A stretch of 64,000 nt of DNA from Candidatus Aldehydirespiratoraceae bacterium (GCA_965261185.1 CBDHCN010000002.1:2878093-2942092), one strand, 5' to 3'; positions 28,242 to 37,239 are shown, counted from the first letter of the stretch. A program made the numbers and translations. Notes: generated by a model not told the origin, from the letters alone.

Positions 28242-29615
28242 ATGGATTCGATCGTCCAGGGTCTGGCTGATGTATATGACCTCATAACCTATGTGATTGC
28301 GCGGGGTGCCTACTGGCTGTCGGTCGTGTTCTTCGTTTTGGCAGCGGCCGGAGCAGCAGTGATGCTCGTCGATCTGCTGATAACGCCCTCGCGGCGCTTC
28401 CGAGCCGCAGACCACGCCGCGCAACCCAGCGACGGCATCGTCTTGATCGGCCAACTCATGGCGGGAATGTCGCTCGTTGGCGGAGTCGTGCTGGTGTTTC
28501 GCGACACTGCCTCAGCGTGGCAACCAGTTGCGGCCTTGCTTGGTGGAGCAGCGCTGCTGGCCCTCCTGTTGGCATACCGACGAGCTGACCAGCAGAAACA
28601 GGCTGGGATCGCTCGGTACGTTTGGCTTGCCCTAGCGGTCACCTCTGTGGTGGCGGTGATCTTGGCCTACATGCAGCGCAATGGCTCCTCGATTCCTTTT
28701 TTGGGGTTGCTCTTGGCGGTGTTCGTGCTGGCCCGAGCTTGGATTTCGTTGGCTCGCCCCGAAGTGCACTTCGACCCGTCCCAAGTGGAGGTCGCGCGTG
28801 AGTCCAAGACCGAGAGCCCGCTTGTGGTTGAACAGCTCGGAATGGTTTACGAATTGCCCGACGGCGGCAGCGTCGAGGCCCTCAAGGATGTGACGTTCAC
28901 GCTTGAACCCGGACGCTTGCTCACCTTGCTCGGGCCGTCGGGATGCGGCAAAACGACTCTGCTCAATATCCTTGCCGGTTTCTTGGCACCCACCGCCGGC
29001 GAGGCGAAACTGGGCGACGACCTGATCACTGGTCCCAGCCAGGAGCGGGGCATGGTGTTCCAACAGGGGGCTTTGTTCGAGTGGCTCTCCGTCAACGACA
29101 ATGTCGGTTTCGGCGCTCGCATGAACGGGCGCTCCAGGCCTGCTTCTCGTGAAGCGGTGCAAGATCTGTTGCGCATCGTCGGCCTGTCGGACTTTGGAGA
29201 GAAGGCCGTCTACGAACTCTCCGGCGGTATGCAACAGCGTGTGGCACTGGCTCGCTGCCTCGCCAATGACCCCAAGATCATCCTCATGGATGAGCCCCTC
29301 GGCGCGCTCGACGCGCTGACCCGCGAGAAGATGCAAAGTTTGGTTCTCAACTTATGGAACGAAACCGGCAAAACCATCGTGCTCGTCACCCACAGCGTTG
29401 AGGAGGCGCTGTATTTGGGCGATCAGCTATTCGTCATGGCCCCGCGCCCCGGTCGAATCGAACGGGTCTATGACTTGCCGTTCGCTCAGGAGGCGCTGAC
29501 TGCGGACGCCCGGGAGTTGAAGACCTCTGCGGAATTCATTCAGACGCGGGAGGAGATTCTGTCGATGATCTGGGAGATGGAGGAGGAGATCATGGGAACG
29601 GCGGGAGGCCAGTGA
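28242..29615 (+). CDS. ABC transporter ATP-binding protein (NitT/TauT family) with ~190-aa N-terminal multi-TM extension
   Basis: The C-terminal half has GPSGCGKTTLLNILAGF, LSGGMQQRVALARCL and ILMDEPLGALD. The N-terminal half has about five hydrophobic segments (e.g. YWLSVVFFVLAAAGAAVMLVDLLI, IPFLGLLLAVFVLARAWISLA). Confidence 0.8.
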   Translation: MDSIVQGLADVYDLITYVIARGAYWLSVVFFVLAAAGAAVMLVDLLITPSRRFRAADHAAQPSDGIVLIGQLMAGMSLVGGVVLVFRDTASAWQPVAALLGGAALLALLLAYRRADQQKQAGIARYVWLALAVTSVVAVILAYMQRNGSSIPFLGLLLAVFVLARAWISLARPEVHFDPSQVEVARESKTESPLVVEQLGMVYELPDGGSVEALKDVTFTLEPGRLLTLLGPSGCGKTTLLNILAGFLAPTAGEAKLGDDLITGPSQERGMVFQQGALFEWLSVNDNVGFGARMNGRSRPASREAVQDLLRIVGLSDFGEKAVYELSGGMQQRVALARCLANDPKIILMDEPLGALDALTREKMQSLVLNLWNETGKTIVLVTHSVEEALYLGDQLFVMAPRPGRIERVYDLPFAQEALTADARELKTSAEFIQTREEILSMIWEMEEEIMGTAGGQ

Positions 29616-29657
29616 TGATGAGTCACCCGACGTTGCGGCACACCGAGGAGACGAGCG

Positions 29658-30719
29658 ATGACTGAGGGTTTCGGAGTGTTCGCCTCGCGAGACAGCATCG
29701 AACAACAAGGCCAGCAAGGGAACTGGATGCTCAACTTGATGTTCCGCAAGAAGGGTTCGAGCGCACGCAAGACGGTGACATTCGGCGACGCCGCGGAAGT
29801 AGGCGGCGCTCTGCAGTGGACCGTGGCCAGCCTGACCGTCATTTTGCTGGTGTGGTTTATGGCGACGACGGTCTGGGGTCTGCCATCTGAATGGGTCGAC
29901 TATGGAGAAGAGGTGCGCGCCGGTCTCAGTGAGGACGAGAGCTACCGCCAGCGTGATCTGTTGCGTGACTGTGAGAAGTCAGCCGACGATCCCTCCGATT
30001 ATCCGGGACTTCCACCCTGTTCCTACACGCAATGGCTCAGCGAATCGACCCTGCCGCATCCGCTGCAGATGTGGGACGCGGCCTGGGACTTTGCTCGTAA
30101 CGGTTACAGCGGCTTCACGCTGTGGCAGCACCTGTGGGTGAGTTTCAGCCGTTTGGCAAAGGGCCTGTTCTGGGGGGTGGCCATCGGTGTGCCCATCGGC
30201 TTGGCCATGGGCCTGTCGAATCGCTGGCGGGGCATCTTCGACCCGGTGGTCGAGTTGCTCAGACCGATACCGCCGCTGGCTTTGATCCCGTTGTTCATCG
30301 TTTGGTTCGGAATCGGCGAGGAAGCCAAGGTCAACCTGTTGCTGTTCGCGGCCGTATGGATCATGGTGATCGCGGCGCGTTCGGGGGTGCTCGCGGTGAA
30401 CACCACCAAGGTTCATGCCGCCTATTCGCTGGGCGCGTCGAAACCCCAGGTGTTGCGCCATGTGATCCTGCCGAACGCGCTGCCGGAGATCTTCACGGGG
30501 TTGCGCGTGGCGATCGGTGTGTGTTGGGGAACGTTGGTGGCTGCCGAGTTGCTTGGTGCCAGTTCCGGGCTCGGTTTCACGATCTTCAAGGCCCGCCAGT
30601 TCTTCCTGCTTGACCTGATGCTGTCGGCGGTGATCCTCATCAGCATTCTGGGGGTCACCATGGACGTAGCCATGCGCATGGTCGAGAAGCGGCTGATCCC
30701 TTGGCGAGGGAAGGGCTGA
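29658..30719 (+). CDS. ABC transporter permease (NitT/TauT family, TauC-like)
   Basis: The EAA-type region is present (AYSLGASKPQVLRHVILPNALPEIFTGLRVAIG), along with multiple TM segments. There is a ~70-aa insert after TM1. GAGGAG precedes the ATG. Confidence 0.85.
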   Translation: MTEGFGVFASRDSIEQQGQQGNWMLNLMFRKKGSSARKTVTFGDAAEVGGALQWTVASLTVILLVWFMATTVWGLPSEWVDYGEEVRAGLSEDESYRQRDLLRDCEKSADDPSDYPGLPPCSYTQWLSESTLPHPLQMWDAAWDFARNGYSGFTLWQHLWVSFSRLAKGLFWGVAIGVPIGLAMGLSNRWRGIFDPVVELLRPIPPLALIPLFIVWFGIGEEAKVNLLLFAAVWIMVIAARSGVLAVNTTKVHAAYSLGASKPQVLRHVILPNALPEIFTGLRVAIGVCWGTLVAAELLGASSGLGFTIFKARQFFLLDLMLSAVILISILGVTMDVAMRMVEKRLIPWRGKG

Positions 30720-30729
30720 ACGCCTCGTT

Positions 30730-31665
30730 GTGAGCGTTCTCGACGATTGGTACAGCAGCGCTCGGGAGAACCCGCAGCGCATCATCTTGGCCGATGCAAA
30801 TGATCCGCGAGCTATCGCCGCCGCCGATCGGCTCAATGCCGAGGGTTTGGCCGAGGCACTCGTTGCGGGTCGAGATTTCGGCGCGCTCGCCGAGGTTGCT
30901 CATGGTGCAGCCGAGAGGCTTGTTACGGATCTGGCAGCCGTCGATACGGGGCCTTGGGCGGGCCGTCGGCTCGATGTCGACGATCCGCTGGTGATTTCTG
31001 CGGCTCTGGTCAAGACAGGCTGGGCTGCGGGGTGTGTGGGTGGAGCAAGCCGCTCCAGCGCGGAGGTGATGCGGGCTGGGTTGCGAGTGCTCGGGGTCGC
31101 GCCGGGCGTTGAAGCGCTGAGTAGCTGCTTCTTTTTGGTGCTGCCCGACGGTCGCACAATGGTTTACGGCGATTGTGGAGTGTTACCCGACCCTGACGAT
31201 CAGCAATTGGCCTCGGTAGCGATTTCAAGCGCCGCTACGTTTGCTCAACTTTGTGGTGAGGAGCCTCGTGTCGCCATGCTCTCGTTTTCAACTAAGGGGA
31301 GTGCGCAACACCCGCGTGTCGAAAAGGTGCGGAGCGCTACCGCGATTGCTCAGCAGGCCGCGCCACATCTCAAGATTGATGGTGAGTTGCAGTTTGATGC
31401 CGCTTGGGTTCCAGCGGTTGCCGATGTCAAGGCTCCTGACTCCGAAGTTGCCGGCAGAGCCAATGTGTTCGTCTTCCCAGATCTTGACTCCGGCAACATC
31501 GCCTACAAGATCACCGAACGTCTGGGTCAAGCGCTTGCATTCGGGCCGTTGCTGCAGGGGCTTGATGGCGTGTTGCACGACCTTTCGCGTGGCTGCTCGG
31601 AGGATGACATTGTCAACGTGGCGGTTATCGCTTCAATCCAAGCCTCCGCGTTGCGTCCGCTCTAA
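30730..31665 (+). CDS. pta: phosphate acetyltransferase
   Basis: 311 aa with RIILADANDPRAI, MVYGDCGVLPDP, LSFSTKGSA and VFVFPDLDSGNIAYK. Confidence 0.85.
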   Translation: MSVLDDWYSSARENPQRIILADANDPRAIAAADRLNAEGLAEALVAGRDFGALAEVAHGAAERLVTDLAAVDTGPWAGRRLDVDDPLVISAALVKTGWAAGCVGGASRSSAEVMRAGLRVLGVAPGVEALSSCFFLVLPDGRTMVYGDCGVLPDPDDQQLASVAISSAATFAQLCGEEPRVAMLSFSTKGSAQHPRVEKVRSATAIAQQAAPHLKIDGELQFDAAWVPAVADVKAPDSEVAGRANVFVFPDLDSGNIAYKITERLGQALAFGPLLQGLDGVLHDLSRGCSEDDIVNVAVIASIQASALRPL

Positions 31666-31689
31666 CGTGACGGTGATAGCTTCTAACGC

Positions 31690-32292
31690 ATGACCGGATC
31701 GCCCAGGCGGACTCTGGACCCGGCGCAAGTAATTGAATGCGCCTCAGAGATAGCAGACAGAGAAGGGTTTGACGCGGTCACCCTCACTCGTGTGGCCGAC
31801 GAACTCGGTGTTCGTCAACCGGCGCTTTATAGACATGTCGACGGGTACGGCGATCTTGTCAAACTGCTGGCTTTGAGAGGCCGAGCGAAACTCGCTAGCT
31901 CGCTCACTGAGGCTGCCATCGGTGTATCGGGCGAGGACGCAGTCGTAGCCATCGGGAGGGCTTGGCGGGAGGTAGTGCGGACTCATCCCGGTTTGTACGC
32001 CGCGACCGACCGATATCCCTGCGCGGGTGATGTTGAACTCGAAGAAGCGGTCGAGCGGATTGTGGCGGTCATTGCGCGGTCTCTGGGGAGCTTCCGCATT
32101 GACGAAGCTGAGCGTGTACATGTGGCACGTGGGCTACGGAGTTCATTCCACGGGTTTTCTCATCTTGAGTCTGGCGACGGACATCCGCACGAACACGACC
32201 TTGATGACACATTCGATCATCTACTGGAACTCTTGATTGCCGGGATCCGCCATCTCGAGCGAAATTCTGCGCTAGATAGTCTTGCAGATTAG
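31690..32292 (+). CDS. TetR-family transcriptional regulator
   Basis: The N-terminal HTH is present (FDAVTLTRVADELGVRQPALYRHV). The length is 200 aa. Confidence 0.8.
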   Translation: MTGSPRRTLDPAQVIECASEIADREGFDAVTLTRVADELGVRQPALYRHVDGYGDLVKLLALRGRAKLASSLTEAAIGVSGEDAVVAIGRAWREVVRTHPGLYAATDRYPCAGDVELEEAVERIVAVIARSLGSFRIDEAERVHVARGLRSSFHGFSHLESGDGHPHEHDLDDTFDHLLELLIAGIRHLERNSALDSLAD

Positions 32293-32331
32293 TTATAGGC
32301 TCTTGCGACGGTCTGGAATGGAGGATGAAAC

Positions 32332-34098
32332 ATGACCCGGATGACTCCCAGCGAAGCGTTTGTAGAGACGATGGTGGCCAACGGCGTGACCACTGTCTTT
32401 GGCATCATGGGCAGCGCGTTCATGGACGCCATGGACATTTTTGAGCCGGCAGGTATTGAGTTGGTACCGGTGGTACACGAGCAGGGGGCTGCCCATATGG
32501 CAGACGGGTATGCCCGGGTCAGTGGCCGCCACGGAGTCGTGATCGGACAAAACGGCCCTGGTATTTCCAACTGTGTGACCGCGATCGCGGCAGCCTTCTG
32601 GGCACACAGTCCCGTTGTCATCGTTACCCCCGAAGCCGGCACGATGGGGATGGGACTCGGTGGCTTCCAGGAAGCCAATCAGCTTCCGATGTTTGAGGAG
32701 TTCACCAAGTATCAGGGGCACATCAACAACGAACACCGAATGGCAGAGATCGCGGCTCGTTGCTTCGACCGGGCGCTGTCGGAGATGGGGCCAACGCAAC
32801 TCAACATCCCCCGTGACCGCTTCTATGGCGACATCAATGTAGAGATCGGAACCCCCATGCGGCTCGATCGCGGACCCGGTGGTGAGCGTACGCTCAACGA
32901 AGCGGCCGACCTCTTGGCCAGCGCGCAGTTCCCAGTCATGATCAGCGGTGGTGGAGTGGTGATCGGAGATGGTATGGCCGCAACGGTCGCCTTGGCCGAG
33001 AGACTCGGCTGTCCGGTGGTCAACAGCTACCTGCACAACGACTCGTTTCCGGCCAGCCACCCACAGTGGTGTGGACCGCTCGGCTACCAAGGCTCAAAAG
33101 CGGCGATGAAGTTGATCGCACGGGCTGACGTGGTGCTGGCGCTCGGCACCCGTTTGGGGCCCTTTGGCACCTTGCCTCAGCATGGCCTCGACTATTGGCC
33201 AACAGAGGCCAAGATCATCCAGGTTGATGCTGATTCGAAGATGCTCGGGTTGGTCAAAAAGATTGACGTCGGGATTTGCGGCGATGCCGGTGCAGCTGCT
33301 GCCGCGCTGACCGCGCGGCTGGCTCAACGCACGCTGGTGGCCGACCAGAACCGTGCCGAGCGAGAGTCGACGCTGCTTTCTGAGAAGACCGCGTGGGAAG
33401 ACGAACTCGACGATTGGACCGAAGAAACCGACGACTTCAGTATCGACATGATCAAAGAAGCAGCGGCCGAAGAAGGCAGTTGGCTGCACCCACGTCAGGT
33501 GTTGCGGGAACTGGAGCGGGCCATGCCGGCTCGGGTAATGGTGTCCACCGACATCGGCAACATCAACTCGGTGTCCAACAGCTACCTGCGCTTCGAAGAA
33601 ACCAGGTCGTTCTTGGCAGCCATGAGTTGGGGCAACTGCGGCTATGCGCTGCCGACCATTATTGGAGCCAAGAAGGCTGCTGATGATCGTCCGGCGGTGG
33701 CGTACGCTGGCGATGGCGCCTGGGCTATGAGCATGGTTGAGGTGATGACCGCGGTGCGCCACGATATTCCGGTCACCGCGGTTGTGTTCCACAATCGCCA
33801 ATGGGGTGCCGAAAAGAAGAACCAGGTTGATTTCTACGGTCGCCGTTTTGTAGCCGGGGAACTTGAAGGCGGCGAGAACTACGCGCAAATCGCTCAAGCG
33901 ATGGGAGCGAAGGGTGTTCGTATTGATCAGCTTGATGATGTCGGTCCGGCCCTAGAACGGGCGATCGACGATCAGATGACCAAACGGCAGACCACAGTGA
34001 TCGAAGTCATGACCACCAAAGAACTCGGCGATCCCTTCCGTAAGGATGCTTTGAGCCGCCCGGTCCGCCACCTGAAGAAGTACGCCGAATACACGTAA
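32332..34098 (+). CDS. xsc: thiamine-diphosphate enzyme, sulfoacetaldehyde acetyltransferase-like
   Basis: 588 aa with MTPSEAFVETMVANGVTTVFGIMGSAFMDAMD, GQNGPGISNCVTAIAAAFWAHSPVV and GLGGFQEANQLPMFEEFTKYQ, resembling Xsc as I recall it. The ThDP motif GDGAW...N is present. pta is adjacent. Confidence 0.8.
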   Translation: MTRMTPSEAFVETMVANGVTTVFGIMGSAFMDAMDIFEPAGIELVPVVHEQGAAHMADGYARVSGRHGVVIGQNGPGISNCVTAIAAAFWAHSPVVIVTPEAGTMGMGLGGFQEANQLPMFEEFTKYQGHINNEHRMAEIAARCFDRALSEMGPTQLNIPRDRFYGDINVEIGTPMRLDRGPGGERTLNEAADLLASAQFPVMISGGGVVIGDGMAATVALAERLGCPVVNSYLHNDSFPASHPQWCGPLGYQGSKAAMKLIARADVVLALGTRLGPFGTLPQHGLDYWPTEAKIIQVDADSKMLGLVKKIDVGICGDAGAAAAALTARLAQRTLVADQNRAERESTLLSEKTAWEDELDDWTEETDDFSIDMIKEAAAEEGSWLHPRQVLRELERAMPARVMVSTDIGNINSVSNSYLRFEETRSFLAAMSWGNCGYALPTIIGAKKAADDRPAVAYAGDGAWAMSMVEVMTAVRHDIPVTAVVFHNRQWGAEKKNQVDFYGRRFVAGELEGGENYAQIAQAMGAKGVRIDQLDDVGPALERAIDDQMTKRQTTVIEVMTTKELGDPFRKDALSRPVRHLKKYAEYT

Positions 34099-34133
34099 TT
34101 TGCTGGCCAGTACCTAGCTTCGCTGCTACGGCG

Positions 34134-34255
34134 GGGCTGGCTGGTCGGCGGGGCTTGTTGGCTGGCGCACTGGCTGGTCGGCGGGGCTTGTTGGCTGGCG
34201 TGACTCGCCGGTCGGCGCGGCTTGTTGGCTGGCTCGGTCGGCGTGGCGTGCGGGG
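34134..34255. repeat. ~33-36 bp tandem repeat, about 3.5 copies, in a convergent intergenic region
   Basis: The unit tggctggtcggcggggcttgttggctggcg occurs at about 34138 and at 34171. A degenerate copy gccggtcggcgcggcttgttggctggc lies at 34207, followed by a partial copy at 34236. Confidence 0.7.
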
Positions 34256-34774
34256 TTAACCGGGGCCTGTGAGCGAACTCAGCAGGGCGTCGATTGCTTG
34301 ATCGGCGATAGCGACCATCTCTGAGTCGGTGCGGTCCTGGATGGGGTGCTCGGTCAAGACGTGGGCTATGTCACCTCCGAGGCTCTTGCTTTGTTGCTCG
34401 GCGCCGTCGGCGAACTCAACGGTGGCAACGAACACTCCTGGAATGCCGCGGCGTTCCAGATCGTTGATGTCGTGCACACTGCACGTCGTGCAGGAACCTC
34501 AATCGGCGAGCGCTTCGATCACCGCGTCGCAGGACACGGCAATCTCATGGCGCAGATCGACCGGCGCTGGTTTGGTGAAGGTCGGCTTTTTGAAGCGCTT
34601 CACGTTGACGCCGAGGCCGGTCAGCTTTTGCTCCACGCGGTTGAGAAAAATGTCTCCACGGGGCTTGGAGATGTCGAGTAGTCCGACCGTTAGTCCGTTG
34701 AGAGACTCGGGTCGAGCGACACGCTCACGTTTGTTGGGCCGCAACTCAGCCGTGGGATCAAGAACAACAGTCAT
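34256..34774 (-). CDS. candidate selenoprotein with U-G-S-C motif (in-frame TGA at 34499-34501)
   Basis: ORFs 34499..34774 and 34256..34477 share one frame. Read-through gives ...AVIEALAD-[TGA]-GSCTTCSVHDINDLERRGIPGVF... A hairpin lies just downstream of the TGA. The start overlaps the upstream gene's stop (ATGA). Confidence 0.7.
34479..34493 (-). promoter_or_regulatory. candidate SECIS-like hairpin
   Basis: In the mRNA, CUGCAC-GAC-GUGCAG starts 6 nt after the UGA. The octamer UGCACGAC is repeated 16 nt apart, allowing alternative pairings. Confidence 0.35.
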
Positions 34775-36237
34775 CGAGTGATCTCCTTTGTGACAGTCAC
34801 GCTACCGGTTGCGCCGGTCACCCAACCAGCGATGGTAGAAGAGAACAACCCAGCATGGCTGCCTCCGTGAACAACATGAATCCCTCCAGGCGGGAACTTC
34901 GGTAGCTGATGGCCCGCGACCGATGTCGGCATACCCTCTTCGATTCCGCCGGAGCCGGCGATTATGTCGTCGCCGTCGATCATTAGCAGCGCTTCAAGTT
35001 CTGCCAGAAAGCGGGCCCTGTCCCAGGAGGCATCTCGGTATCGGGCCATATGTTCAGGACTCATCACGATCACGGTTTCCATCGACATGACCATTCTCGG
35101 GCTGACGTTGACGCGTAGCATTTCGGCGAAGTGCTTGGTGAGCGATTCCGGAGAACGCGACTTCTGATCGAACATCAGTCGGGGGCCTTCCCCGGGGAAT
35201 AGGGTGACGGTGGAGACGTTGCGGTCGAAACCGCGAGATTCGGCGAAGGTGTCGAAGGCGCTGCCCTCTTCGTCTTCGGCGAAGCACAACCCGATCTTTG
35301 AGGGGCTGCCCTGGGTGGCGCGGTCGACACCGCCGGGTCTGCCTCCACCGATATTGCGAATAACCAACTGGAGAGCACGGCCGATGGTGTTGTTGGCGCG
35401 GTTCCCTTGGCCCAACAGATTGAGGCCGCTGTTCATGTGAATTTCGTGACGGATGGGTCCGTTGACGATCAGGATTGGACCTACCGGCATAGTGGTGGCC
35501 AACAGTCCGTGCATGTTGAACTCGTCGGTGCAGGCTGCTTCGACCGCGCATAGCACCACAGGGAGATACTCGGGCTTGCAGCCGGCCATTACTGCGTTGA
35601 CAGCCACTTTCTCGACGGTGCATTCGACCAGATCGGGTGGTATGACGGCCACCACCTCCTCCGCGGAGCGACTTGTGCCTTCAAGCATTCTCAGCACCCG
35701 CGCCTCGGTTGGGGGTACGACCGGCATTCCATCACTGAAGCCGCGGTCGAACATGGCTTCTACGTCATCTTCCAACTCGGCGAGTTCGATTCGCCGACTT
35801 TTTAGTATTGAACCTGAGAAGCGCACGGCGAGTTCATCGCTGAGGTTGGGATCGACACTCAGTGAGCCGCATCCGGGTCTCCAATCGGGAAGGTCGGTTC
35901 CGAGACCGTTGAGTCCAGTGAACTCTTCCCAAGCCTGGCGAGACCAACCGACTATGCGATCGGCTTCGGAACCGTCGTCGACTCGCAGCAGCGTGGGTAC
36001 TGTCTCGATTTGATTATGCCATGACAAGGCGAGGTCGGCATCGTGGGTTACCCAGTCGGCGTTTTGGGGAAAGGTGGGGTCGTCTTGGGTGATGACTGAG
36101 ACTCCAATGCGTTCGGCCATCTCGGCTAAGACTGGTGCCACTAGGACACAAGTCGGGCAGTCCTTTTTGACAACGGCTACGAGACCATCGGGGAGCGGAG
36201 CGGTGTTGGTATCGGGCACTCGCCAACTGTGGCACAC
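34771..36237 (-). CDS. thioredoxin-fold domain fused to a large domain of unknown function
   Basis: The N-terminus reads LVAVVKKDCPTCVLVAPVLAEM (CxxC) and a second WRPGCGSLS motif follows. About 330 aa follow that I cannot assign (GMPVVPPTEARVLRML, VNAVMAGCKPEYLPVV, GQGNRANNTIGRAL). The exact start is uncertain (GTG 36237 or 36219). Confidence 0.75.
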   Translation of the reverse strand: MCHSWRVPDTNTAPLPDGLVAVVKKDCPTCVLVAPVLAEMAERIGVSVITQDDPTFPQNADWVTHDADLALSWHNQIETVPTLLRVDDGSEADRIVGWSRQAWEEFTGLNGLGTDLPDWRPGCGSLSVDPNLSDELAVRFSGSILKSRRIELAELEDDVEAMFDRGFSDGMPVVPPTEARVLRMLEGTSRSAEEVVAVIPPDLVECTVEKVAVNAVMAGCKPEYLPVVLCAVEAACTDEFNMHGLLATTMPVGPILIVNGPIRHEIHMNSGLNLLGQGNRANNTIGRALQLVIRNIGGGRPGGVDRATQGSPSKIGLCFAEDEEGSAFDTFAESRGFDRNVSTVTLFPGEGPRLMFDQKSRSPESLTKHFAEMLRVNVSPRMVMSMETVIVMSPEHMARYRDASWDRARFLAELEALLMIDGDDIIAGSGGIEEGMPTSVAGHQLPKFPPGGIHVVHGGSHAGLFSSTIAGWVTGATGSVTVTKEITR

Positions 36238-36322
36238 AAGAAGTTGGCGGTCACGCTGACAGAAGCGACATCTGTCACACTCGGTGTGCGAGGCTAGTCG
36301 GCTCGCGTACGGTTCAAAGTCA

Positions 36323-37228
36323 ATGGGGGATACGCAAGAGCCTGTCGTTGTGTCGTTCCACGGTGTTCGTGGTTCGACGCCGTGTAGTTGCCCGACGGTG
36401 CAGCGCTATGGCGGCAACACCAGTTGCGTCTCGGTTGAAACCGCCGATCACGACCCGATCGTTTTGGACCTGGGTACGGGGCTGCGCCCGTGGGGCTGTG
36501 CAATGTCGCCCCAGAGCGGGTTGACGCTGCATGCGTTGGTTACACATCTTCACTGGGACCACATTCAGGGTCTGCCATTTTTTGCGCCGTTGCTTTGTCC
36601 GGATACCACGTTGAACATCTATGGGTCCGCTGAACGCGGAGAGTCGTTGGCCGAGGCGTTTGATCGTTTTATTGCCCCGCCGTTCTTCCCGATTCGAACC
36701 ACCGATTTGCCGGCCACCATCAAATTCCACGATGTCTGCGACGGCGACTTTGCAGTGGGCCTTGCCTCTGTGATGTCGAGACCGGTACCCCATGTCGGCA
36801 CCACCAACGGCTACCGGCTCAATCTTCATGGTTTGTCAATCGCGTATATTCCGGATCACCAAGAGCCGATCAACGATCCGAGACATGTCGATGAGTCCGT
36901 TCTTGAACTGTGTGATGGTGCCGACCTGTTGATTCACGACGGGCAACTGTGGCCCGATGAACTAGTGATGAAGCAGGCCTGGGGTCACAGTACGCCCGAG
37001 TACGCACTCGAGGTCGCCCGTCAGGCCGGTGTTGAAACGTTGGTGTTGTTTCATCACGACCCCTCTCACGACGACGCCTCGCTCGATGAGATGAGCGCGC
37101 GCCTGAGCGAACGGGGTTCGGAAGTCGGCGTAAGCACTGTGCTAGCGGCCACCGAAGGCACGAGCCTGACTTTCTCCGCCATGAGTGAGCCTTTCGGCGG
37201 CCTGTGCAAGCAATCCGTTCGGCCGTAG
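36323..37228 (+). CDS. MBL-fold metallo-hydrolase
   Basis: VTHLHWDHIQGLPFF (HxHxDH) is present. ATG 36323 is preferred over 36284. Confidence 0.8.
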   Translation: MGDTQEPVVVSFHGVRGSTPCSCPTVQRYGGNTSCVSVETADHDPIVLDLGTGLRPWGCAMSPQSGLTLHALVTHLHWDHIQGLPFFAPLLCPDTTLNIYGSAERGESLAEAFDRFIAPPFFPIRTTDLPATIKFHDVCDGDFAVGLASVMSRPVPHVGTTNGYRLNLHGLSIAYIPDHQEPINDPRHVDESVLELCDGADLLIHDGQLWPDELVMKQAWGHSTPEYALEVARQAGVETLVLFHHDPSHDDASLDEMSARLSERGSEVGVSTVLAATEGTSLTFSAMSEPFGGLCKQSVRP

Positions 37229-37239
37229 AAGGGAACCGG

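Noticed and set aside
34134-34255. CRISPR array
   Set aside because: The repeats are contiguous, with only 3-6 nt between units. There are no unique spacers and no cas genes nearby.
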